Shown here one piece after another: positions 6,064 to 13,626 of a stretch of DNA of 23,335 nt (its first letter is position 1; each line of letters starts with the position of its first letter). Source of the stretch: Thermoanaerobaculia bacterium (GTDB lineage: Bacteria > Acidobacteriota > Thermoanaerobaculia > Multivoradales > UBA5704). Under the pieces are notes generated by a model. The model saw nothing but the letters and a program-made list of their open reading frames with translations. It made no database searches and was not told the DNA's origin. The stretch is taken from positions 1 through 23,335 of the forward strand of contig JBGAGQ010000082.1 in the NCBI GenBank assembly GCA_044226625.1, read 5' to 3'. A program made the translations under genes and the position numbers.

Positions 6064-8202
6064 TCAGAGATACCCCAACGCCCTCAGCCGCTTCTCCGTC
6101 TCGGCATCGACCGTCTGCGTGGCCTGACCGTACAACGCGTGAAGCCGCGCGTTCTCGCGCGTCCAGGCCTCCAGCGCGGCGCGCAACTCCGCGACGAGGG
6201 CGGGTTTCGTTCCCGTTAGGTTTTCGGTCTCCCCCGGGTCTCTCGTGAGGTCGTAGAGCTCGACGCTTTCGGGCTTCGCGCGATGGAGGATCAGCACGTT
6301 TGCCCCACGGCGCACGGAGGCCAGCGGGACCGAGGCGTCGGTGTCTAGATCGTGGTGGAAAACCGTCGCGAAACCTTCGGCGAACCGGTCGCGATCGACG
6401 AACGCCGCGGGCTTCGCCGCGAAGTACGGCAGCAAGCTTTTCCCCTGGATCGGCGGGGCGTTCGGGGCGAAGGGGTCTCCGCCGGCCAACGCCACGAGGG
6501 TGGGCGTGACGTCGATCGAGCCGACCGGGGCTTCGACCTCCCTTCCGGCCGGGAGGCGCCCAGGACCCCAGAGGATCAGCGGGACGTGGAGCACCTCGTC
6601 GTAGAGCGTGTCGCCGTGGTCGAAGCCTCCGTGGTCGAACAGCTCCTCGCCGTGGTCGGAGGTGAGGAGCACGATCGTGTCGCGATCGAGGCCGGTGGAA
6701 CGGAGCCTCGCGATCAGGCGCGCGATGAAATCGTCGGTGTGGCGGATCTCGCCGTCGTAGCGCGCACGGAACGCCTCGACGTCGGAGGCAAGCGTTGGAA
6801 ACGATCCGTCGCGGAATCGGGCGAGGTCCGCCATTCCGAGCGTCACGCCGGCTCGGGCGTAGCCACGGCTTCCGGGGGGCACGAACAACGCGTCGTACGG
6901 CGGCGGCTGCCGGTAGGGTTGGTGGACCTGGTAGGTGTGGAGAAAGAGGAAGAACGGGCGATCGGAGGCATCGAAGGCGCGGTCGTTCTCGCCCGTCGCC
7001 TCTTTCGCGAGCCAGGCGAGCGCGAGCTTTTGGGTGCCCGAGTCCAGGTCGTCGTCTTCCTGAGCGACGTAGCGGTCGAAGCCCTGATCGAATCCGAAGC
7101 GCGCCGCGACCCATCCTCCCTCGGTGATCGCCGCGGTGCGATAGCCGAGCCGCCGAAGACGCTCGGCGAGGGTGAGCAGGCGCGGGGAGCCGCCGATCGC
7201 GAAGGTCGCGCTCGGCTCTTGGCGCCCGGCGAGTAGGGCGCGGTCGGGATTCACGCCATGCGCCGAGGGAGAGAGGCCGGTCATCATCGTCATGTGCGAC
7301 GGGAGCGTCCAGGCCGAGGCGGCGTAGGCACGCGAGAACCGAACGCCGTCGCGCGCCAGCGCATCGATCGCCGGGCTCGTCGGATGAGGGCCGCCGTAGC
7401 AGCCGAGCCGGTCGGCGCGCAGGGTATCGATCGAGATCAGGATCAGGTTCGGCCGCCGGGCCCGATCGGGGCGTGAAGTCGAAGCGGTCCGCAGCGTGGC
7501 GGGCCGCGCGTCGGACGAAGGCTCGGCGGAGCGTTCAAGCCGCGCAGCCGGCGGAGATTTGCGTGGCTCGTACAAACGATCGAACCGCGCGAGCGCCCGG
7601 TCGCGGGCGGCTGCGTCGCCGAGGCGGTCGCTGGCGTTGGCGAGCTGGTACCACCCCTCGGCGGCGCGCGGCTCGAGTGCGGTCGCTCGCTGGAGCTGGA
7701 GGCGCGCCTCCCGCGGCTTTCCGGTTTCGAGCAGCAGAAGCCCGAGCACGTAGCGCGGATAGGCGCCGGCACCAGGCAAACCGAGGGCGGTACGAAGCTC
7801 CCGTTCCGCCTCGGCGAAGCGATGTCGGCGACGGAGCGCGTCGCCGTACCAGGCGCGAAGCTCCGGATTCGTGGGCAGGCGGCTCACCCCCGCACGCGCG
7901 ACGGCGAGGACCTCGACGAGCTTTCCCGAGCGGACGAGCAGGCGGCTCAAACCCAGGTACGCCGGGGCGAGATCGGCGTTCGCGGCGTTCGCGGCGTTCG
8001 CGGCGTTCGAAGCGATCGCCGCGCGGTATTCGCGCTCGGCGGTCGCACGGGGATCGGCAGAAGAGTCGCTAGTCGAGTTCTCGCGCTCCTGGCGCTCGGC
8101 GGCGAGCGCCCGCTCGAAGTGGCGCCGCTCGGGCGGGGTACAGCCGGCGAGCAGAACAACGGCGAGCGAGAGCCTCACGGCGGACGAGGTGAAGGGAGGC
8201 AC
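6064..8202 (-). CDS. Lipoprotein with TPR repeats fused to a sulfatase-like (alkaline phosphatase superfamily) domain
   Basis: Lipobox LLAG-C and TPR-like helices. Sulfatase-like motifs: PNLILISIDTLRAD, WTLPSHMTMMTG, HTYQVHQPY, YDGEI, TSDHGEE...HG, ELYDL..DPGE..N, RLRALGY. Confidence 0.85.
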   Translation of the reverse strand: MPPFTSSAVRLSLAVVLLAGCTPPERRHFERALAAERQERENSTSDSSADPRATAEREYRAAIASNAANAANAANADLAPAYLGLSRLLVRSGKLVEVLAVARAGVSRLPTNPELRAWYGDALRRRHRFAEAERELRTALGLPGAGAYPRYVLGLLLLETGKPREARLQLQRATALEPRAAEGWYQLANASDRLGDAAARDRALARFDRLYEPRKSPPAARLERSAEPSSDARPATLRTASTSRPDRARRPNLILISIDTLRADRLGCYGGPHPTSPAIDALARDGVRFSRAYAASAWTLPSHMTMMTGLSPSAHGVNPDRALLAGRQEPSATFAIGGSPRLLTLAERLRRLGYRTAAITEGGWVAARFGFDQGFDRYVAQEDDDLDSGTQKLALAWLAKEATGENDRAFDASDRPFFLFLHTYQVHQPYRQPPPYDALFVPPGSRGYARAGVTLGMADLARFRDGSFPTLASDVEAFRARYDGEIRHTDDFIARLIARLRSTGLDRDTIVLLTSDHGEELFDHGGFDHGDTLYDEVLHVPLILWGPGRLPAGREVEAPVGSIDVTPTLVALAGGDPFAPNAPPIQGKSLLPYFAAKPAAFVDRDRFAEGFATVFHHDLDTDASVPLASVRRGANVLILHRAKPESVELYDLTRDPGETENLTGTKPALVAELRAALEAWTRENARLHALYGQATQTVDAETEKRLRALGYL
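7974..8009. repeat. In-frame 9-bp tandem repeat (CGGCGTTCG x4), encoding NAANAANAANA
   Basis: Four exact copies read directly from the sequence. Confidence 0.9.
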
Positions 8203-8217
8203 CGCCGCGTCCTCGCC

Positions 8218-10179
8218 TCAGCGCGGTGGCGGCGGCTCGCGCCGGAAGCCGGGGGGGAGACCCTCGGGATCGAGCGCGGGGGTCGGCTCGGTAGATTGCG
8301 CCGGGCCTTCTCCACGGAGCCAGCCGAGATCCGGCAGGTCGACCACGGCCCCGTTTGCGGGCGCGGCTGGCGCGGCGGCGGGGGCCTCCCCGGCAGCGAC
8401 GAGGCGCGGCGTGATCACGAACAGCAGCTCCTGCTGCTGGCGGCTCTTCTTGCGCCAGCGAAAGAGCGGCAGCTTGCCGAGGCCGGGGAGACGCGATTCC
8501 TCGAACCCCTCTTCGAAGCTCAGGAGACCGCCGAGCACGAGGCTCTCCCCTGCCGAGACGCGCGCCGTCGTCTGGACGCTCTGCACCTGGAAGCCGGGCA
8601 CGCCGCCGACCGCGAGCGTGGGCGACGGCCGGATGATGCTCGGCGCGACCTCGAGCGCGATCACTCCCGTTTCGTCGACCGTCGGCCGGATGTCCAGCCG
8701 GACGCCGAAGTCCTGAAACGCGAAGCCCTGCACGGAGGTCGACTGGGAGAGCGTGGTGATCGGGATCGGCACCTCGCCGCCGACCAAGACCGATGCCTCC
8801 TCGCCCGAGAGGGTGAGGACGTTCGGCTCCGAGACGGCGCGGGCGACGTTCTGGTCTTCGAGGAAATCAACCGCCGAGACGATCGAGAGCGTTCGGTCGA
8901 CGAAGCTTTGCACGAGGTTGCCGGCGACCGCCGAGACGTCGGCTATACCGCCGAGCTGGCGCGGCGGGCGCCCTTGCGGCCCGGGGAAGCTGCCGAGCGA
9001 GAAGTGGTCGCCGTCGACGCGGAAGTTGATCCCCGCCTTCTTCGCCCGCGCGCGGTCGATCTCCAGGACGCGGATCGACACCATCACCTGCGGCAGCTCG
9101 TCGACCTTGAGCAGCGAGAGCACCCGGCCGGATTCGCTGGTGATCGCCAGGCCCCGCGCGATCTGTCCGGCGAGGCCTCCGACCGGCCGGTCGGTCGCCG
9201 CGAGCGAGGCGCTGCCCGACGCGGGAGTGGCGGTGTTTCCGGGGAAGACCCGCGTCCGGCCGGAGCTCAAACCGCGGACCGGCGACTCGACTCGGACCCC
9301 CGCGTTGCCGAGCTGCCGCTCGGCGAGGATCACGGCGCGGGCGAGCGCCTGGGTGTTCTTGACCTGCCCTTCGAGGATGTAGGAGTCGCGCTCGGGGTTC
9401 GGCTCCGGACCGACCTGGATGCGCCGCAAGCGGATGCGCGGATCGATCGCGCCGAGCGCCTCGGTGAGCCAGAGGTCGGGCGCGGCGGTCGACGTCGGCG
9501 CGCGGATCAGGTTCACGACCTGCACCGCGCCGCCGCCCGAGGCCGCCGTTCCCTGCGCTTTGAGCATGGCGTTCGCAATCGACTCAGCGCGCTCCGCGGT
9601 CTCGCGGTCGGGCGCCTCGCCCGAGAGGACGACGCCCGAGCCGTCGACGCTCGACGAGATCACGATCCGCGGATCGAGGGCGGCGAGCGTCTTCCGGAGG
9701 AACGACAGATCGCGCTCGACCTCGACCTCGTAGCGCAGGCGGCGCCCTCCCGCGAGCCAGACGAACAGCGTGCTCTTGCCGGTGCGGAGCCCGGTGACCA
9801 GAACCTCGCGCCCGGAGACGACCTGGAGCCGCGCGAGCGCCTCGTCGGCGAGGGCGACCCGCTCGACGTCGAGGGACAGCGTGATCAAACGGCCGACGCC
9901 GATCGGCGCGCGGATCGAGCCCTGGCTTTCGACCGCGCCGAGATCGGTGGGGCGACCGGCCACGCTCAGCGGCCGATCGGGCGGGACCTCCTGCGGCCGG
10001 CTGGGGGCGGCCTGAGGGCCGACCGGCGCGGCCTTCGCGGGATCCGCGGGGTCCGCCGAGCCCTGCGCCGGATCCGCCGCGTTTTGCGGGCGGGTCGGGC
10101 GGGCGGCGAACAGGAAAAACGCTGCGCTCACCGCGAGCGCGAGGAACGATGAAGTCCAGATCGAGCGGCGATGGCTCAT
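8218..10179 (-). CDS. cpaC: Tad/Flp pilus secretin (CpaC/RcpA-like)
   Basis: Start reassigned to ATG 10179 (MSHRRSIW, signal peptide; ATGA overlap with cpaB). N domain VERVALAD...EVLVTG...GKSTLFVW and BON-like VVLSGE segments. Secretin core QVMVSIRVLE, EPNVLTLSGEEASVLVGGEVPIP, FGVRLDIRP, GESLVLGGLL, PGLGKLPLF, ELLFVITPRLV. Confidence 0.92.
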   Translation of the reverse strand: MSHRRSIWTSSFLALAVSAAFFLFAARPTRPQNAADPAQGSADPADPAKAAPVGPQAAPSRPQEVPPDRPLSVAGRPTDLGAVESQGSIRAPIGVGRLITLSLDVERVALADEALARLQVVSGREVLVTGLRTGKSTLFVWLAGGRRLRYEVEVERDLSFLRKTLAALDPRIVISSSVDGSGVVLSGEAPDRETAERAESIANAMLKAQGTAASGGGAVQVVNLIRAPTSTAAPDLWLTEALGAIDPRIRLRRIQVGPEPNPERDSYILEGQVKNTQALARAVILAERQLGNAGVRVESPVRGLSSGRTRVFPGNTATPASGSASLAATDRPVGGLAGQIARGLAITSESGRVLSLLKVDELPQVMVSIRVLEIDRARAKKAGINFRVDGDHFSLGSFPGPQGRPPRQLGGIADVSAVAGNLVQSFVDRTLSIVSAVDFLEDQNVARAVSEPNVLTLSGEEASVLVGGEVPIPITTLSQSTSVQGFAFQDFGVRLDIRPTVDETGVIALEVAPSIIRPSPTLAVGGVPGFQVQSVQTTARVSAGESLVLGGLLSFEEGFEESRLPGLGKLPLFRWRKKSRQQQELLFVITPRLVAAGEAPAAAPAAPANGAVVDLPDLGWLRGEGPAQSTEPTPALDPEGLPPGFRREPPPPR

Positions 10180-11015
10180 GACGGCGGGCCTCCCGCGACG
10201 GTGATCGTTTCGCGCCGGCCGCCGACGATGACCTCGACCTGGCCGACGCGCGGCATCGGCAGCTCGAGCACCTTGCCCTTTTCCACCTCGGACCGGCCGT
10301 GGAGGACGAGCGAGAGCGGCGCGCCCGCGGCTTGCGCTTCGGCGAGCGGCAGGGCTTCCCACGGGCGGACCGCGAGCAGCAACGGCGATTTCGTGGGGTT
10401 TTCTCCCTTGCCTCCGGAGGAGCTGGCGAGCGCCTCGGCGATCTGGCCTCCCAGGCCGTCGGACTTCTTCGCCGCGGGATCCGGCGGACGCTCCGAGACC
10501 CAGCCGACGAACATCGCGTCGTGGACGAGCGGCACCGCGCCCTGGCCGCCGCTCCGCAGCGGACCGAAGGCGACCACGTCGAACCGATCGCCGAAGCGGA
10601 GCTGCTCGACCAACTCGGAGAGCGGCAGGCTCGAGAGCGGCAGGAAGACGAGCACGCGGCCTTCCGGCAGGATGCCGGCGAGCCCCGGGCCTTGGTCGGG
10701 CGGCGCGAAATCGGCGCGGAAGAACGGCGTGCCCGCACGCTTGGCTCGCGCGAGCCGCTTGCCTTCGATCGCGCTCCGCTCGCGCAGCACCGTGCCGGGG
10801 ACCTCGCTCTCGCGTACCCGCACCGATTTGAGGCTGGCCTTGCCGATCTCGGTCCCCGGCGCGAGATCGCTCGCGGCCACCCAGACCTCGAGGTCGCCGC
10901 GGAAGCGCTGCACCTGTCGATAGAGCAGGATCACCACGAGGAGCACCGCCGCGACCAGCACGGCGATGCGCGCCCAAGGCTTCTCCGCCGCGTTTCGAAA
11001 GGTTTCTCTACGCAT
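10176..11015 (-). CDS. cpaB: Flp pilus assembly protein CpaB/RcpC-like (TM anchor + SAF domain)
   Basis: N-terminal TM helix, SAF motif VWVAASDLAPGTEI, LRFGDRFDVV and LSLVLH; lies between the pilins and the secretin. Confidence 0.8.
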   Translation of the reverse strand: MRRETFRNAAEKPWARIAVLVAAVLLVVILLYRQVQRFRGDLEVWVAASDLAPGTEIGKASLKSVRVRESEVPGTVLRERSAIEGKRLARAKRAGTPFFRADFAPPDQGPGLAGILPEGRVLVFLPLSSLPLSELVEQLRFGDRFDVVAFGPLRSGGQGAVPLVHDAMFVGWVSERPPDPAAKKSDGLGGQIAEALASSSGGKGENPTKSPLLLAVRPWEALPLAEAQAAGAPLSLVLHGRSEVEKGKVLELPMPRVGQVEVIVGGRRETITVAGGPPS

Positions 11016-11125
11016 GGGGAAGCCGGCAGTTTAGCGCAATGCCAGGAACTGCAAAGGCCCCGGCGGGGGCCGCGCCCCCGCCGGAGTCCAAAGTCGTCAA
11101 GCCCTGTCCAGCCCCAGCCACGAGG

Positions 11126-11488
11126 TTACGGTATGTCGCCTACGAGCTCGGGCGTGGGCGGGATGCACATCCGTACACCACAGCGTCCGCCTTGATCGCA
11201 AAAGTCTTGAGTGTCGGCAAAGGCGCTTCCCGACCAGGTCGCGACGTCGGCCGGATGGACCGGGTCGGTGGGATGGCCTACCGCCATGCCGCTCAGGGAG
11301 TAGCTCTGGTTGAGCGAGCCGATCGCGCCGCCCAGATCGCCGATCTCGCCGATGAGCTTGGCGCAGATCGAAGACCAGCCGATCGCGACGCAACAGAGCA
11401 TCAGGGTCAGGATGAAAACGAGCTCGGCGCTCGCGACGAACCCGGCCTGCCTCTGGCTCTTGCGCTCGGTGCTACCGCGTTGGATCAC
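11126..11488 (-). CDS. Non-canonical Flp-like prepilin, copy 2
   Basis: Basic leader ending QAG, then FVASAEL and a hydrophobic helix. Strong RBS GGAAAGGAG before the GTG. Lies immediately upstream of cpaB. Confidence 0.8.
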   Translation of the reverse strand: MIQRGSTERKSQRQAGFVASAELVFILTLMLCCVAIGWSSICAKLIGEIGDLGGAIGSLNQSYSLSGMAVGHPTDPVHPADVATWSGSAFADTQDFCDQGGRCGVRMCIPPTPELVGDIP

Positions 11489-11552
11489 CGGTTTGCTCTC
11501 CTTTCCGCTTCGGGTCGAAGACGTTTCTCCGGCTCCGAGGCAACGGTCCCTC

Positions 11553-11584
11553 GAAACCGGAAAGGCCGGCTCGGCGAGCCGGCC
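11553..11584 (-). terminator. Putative intrinsic terminator or processing hairpin between the two pilin genes
   Basis: Inverted repeat GGCCGGCTCG/CGAGCCGGCC (11564-11584) followed on the minus strand by TTTCCGGTTTC; the U-tract is imperfect. Confidence 0.5.
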
Positions 11585-11602
11585 CGAGGAGCGCGAACCG
11601 GC

Positions 11603-11947
11603 TTACGGCAGCGGCGGACCTTCCGGCGTCGGCGGGATGCACATGCGGACGCCGCAGCGACCGCCCTGATCGCAGAAGTCCTGGGTGTCGGCGAATGCGC
11701 TGCCCGACCAGGTCGCGATGTCGGTCGGATGGACGGGATCCGTGGGATGCCCGACCGCCATGCCGCTCAGGCTGTAGCTCTGGTTGAGCGATCCGATCGC
11801 TCCGCCGAGATCGCCGATCTCGCCGATGATCTTGGCGCAGATCGAAGACCAGCCGATCGCCACGCAGCAGAGCATGATGGTCAGGATGAAGATGAGCTCC
11901 GCGCTGACGATGAACCCGGCTTGCCCTTTCTTTCCTCTACGTACCAT
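11603..11947 (-). CDS. Non-canonical Flp-like prepilin, copy 1
   Basis: MVRRGKKGQAG|FIVSAELIFILTIML... is a class III-like signal; strong RBS GGAAAGGAG. Differs from copy 2 by 7 substitutions in the mature part before a divergent tail. Confidence 0.8.
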   Translation of the reverse strand: MVRRGKKGQAGFIVSAELIFILTIMLCCVAIGWSSICAKIIGEIGDLGGAIGSLNQSYSLSGMAVGHPTDPVHPTDIATWSGSAFADTQDFCDQGGRCGVRMCIPPTPEGPPLP

Positions 11948-12190
11948 GGTTTAAGCTCCTTTCCCCGCCCTCGGGGGGTTCAATGGTTGCGACGTCCTCT
12001 CGCCAAAGAACCGACAGCGCGCCCCTTTCCGCTCCCGGCGGCCAACCCGGAAGGAAAGCTTTTTTTCGATCGAGAAGCGCTGTCCGTTGGACAGGTCTAA
12101 TGTAGGAAATACGGCAGGGCAAAGGTATCGGCGATCGTCTGATTCTCGACGGCGAAAAAACTGATTTCTCCCGGCCGGAGCTCCGTCTTC

Positions 12191-12844
12191 TCAAGCGTGG
12201 GACAGATCGGTCAGACCTTCGCGGATCGCGTACTTGGTGAGGCCGGCGACCGAGTGGATGCCGAGCTTCTCCATCAGGTGTTCGCGGTGGGTGCCGACCG
12301 TCTTGATGCTCAGGAACAGACGGTCGGCGATCTCCTTGGTCGAATGCCCCTCGGCGATCAATTGGAGGATCTCGCGCTCGCGCTCGGTGAGCGGCTCGAC
12401 CGTCGAGGTGACGCTCGGGCGATCGGCCTTGAGCGCCCGCACCACGGCATGGCCGACGCGCGGGCAGATGTAGACCTCGCCGACGATCACGTGGCGGATC
12501 GCGCGCACGAGGCTCTCGTGCGAGTAATCCTTGAGCAGGTAGCCGGCGGCGTTCGCCTCGAGCATCGCCTTGACGAACTGCGGCTCGGCATGCGCCGACA
12601 AACAGAGCACCTTCGCGTCCGGGCGCCGGGCCGTGATCTGACGGGTCGCGTCGATGCCGTTCAAGCCGGGCATCGACACGTCCATCACCACCACGTCGGG
12701 ATGCAGCGCGTGCGATTTCTCCACGGCCTCCCGGCCGTCGCGCGCCGTGCCGACGACCTCGAAATCGGGCTCCTTCGCGAGCAGAGCGGCGAGGCCGTCG
12801 AGCAGGATTTCGTGATCGTCGGCGAGCAGGATGCGTGTTTTCAT
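12191..12844 (-). CDS. NarL/FixJ-family response regulator (REC + LuxR HTH)
   Basis: Start ATG 12844: [65 protein letters not shown]. Confidence 0.95.
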   Translation of the reverse strand: MKTRILLADDHEILLDGLAALLAKEPDFEVVGTARDGREAVEKSHALHPDVVVMDVSMPGLNGIDATRQITARRPDAKVLCLSAHAEPQFVKAMLEANAAGYLLKDYSHESLVRAIRHVIVGEVYICPRVGHAVVRALKADRPSVTSTVEPLTEREREILQLIAEGHSTKEIADRLFLSIKTVGTHREHLMEKLGIHSVAGLTKYAIREGLTDLSHA

Positions 12845-13626
12845 GAGGGATCGCTCCGTATCGGCACGAGGGCCGAGACGCGGCTGCCGGCGCCGGACGA
12901 GGAATCGATCTCCAGGCGCCCGCCGAAGGAACCGAGCAGCTGACGGACGCCCGGGAGGCCCAGGCCGCCGAGGCACGGCTCGGCGAGCGCCGGGTCGAAA
13001 CCCACGCCGTCGTCCTCGACGCAGACGCGGACCCGATCTTGCTCCCGCGCGACCGAGACGCCGATCGAGCGGGCGCGCGCGTGCTTCGCCGCGTTCACCA
13101 GCAGCTCTTCGGCCACCCGGTAGAGGATGGTCTCGGCGTCTTCGCCGAGCGGCTTGGGCTCGCCGTCGCTCCGCCAGACGAAGCGCAGGCCCTGATGGCC
13201 GGCGATCCGCTCGCCGAGCCCCTGGAGGGCGGGCTCGAGGCCCAGCTCGCACAGCGCGAGCGACGACAGCTCGAAGGTGAGGGAACGGGTCTCCTCCACC
13301 GCGCGCCCGAGCAACTCAGCCACCTGCGAGAGAGCGGCCCGGCGCTCGTCGCTCCGCTCGCCCGCGATCAGCTGGGCGAGCTGCAGCCGGGCGAGCGCGA
13401 GCGGATGCCCGACCACGTCGTGGAGCCCGCGGGCGATCCGGCGCCGCTCCCTCTCTTGGACCAGCGCGAGCTGGCCGACGGACCCGAGACGACCGTGGCT
13501 CGCCATGCCTCGTACGTCACACCTCTCGAAGCTCGTTGTTTCGGATCGAAGCATGCTAGCACGGCCTCTATCCGCGGACGGCGGGGAGGGCCGCGGGGGC
13601 CCGAGGACCTCCGCCTCTTCCTTCAT
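12841..13626 (-). CDS. NarQ/UhpB-type (HisKA_3) histidine kinase without an evident sensor domain
   Basis: Start ATG 13626 with RBS AAGGAGG and ATGA overlap. H-box ERRRIARGLHD, N-box EELLVNAAKHA, G1 EDDGVGFD, G2 GLGL. No TM helix. Confidence 0.9.
   Translation of the reverse strand: MKEEAEVLGPPRPSPPSADRGRASMLRSETTSFERCDVRGMASHGRLGSVGQLALVQERERRRIARGLHDVVGHPLALARLQLAQLIAGERSDERRAALSQVAELLGRAVEETRSLTFELSSLALCELGLEPALQGLGERIAGHQGLRFVWRSDGEPKPLGEDAETILYRVAEELLVNAAKHARARSIGVSVAREQDRVRVCVEDDGVGFDPALAEPCLGGLGLPGVRQLLGSFGGRLEIDSSSGAGSRVSALVPIRSDPS

Noticed and set aside
7822-10152. Long plus-strand ORFs (776 aa here; also 3586..5178, 11039..12100 and 18049..20025)
   Set aside because: Antisense shadows of well-supported minus-strand genes in high-GC DNA, with no motifs of their own.
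11126-11947. The two Cys-rich small proteins as RiPP precursors
   Set aside because: The basic leader, Gly, hydrophobic helix and position before cpaB-cpaC fit prepilins better. No RiPP protease, transporter or recognisable maturase is present.
11948-12190. c-di-GMP riboswitch upstream of the pilins
   Set aside because: A GGGCAAA is present but on the wrong strand, and the paired stems of the GEMM motif could not be built.
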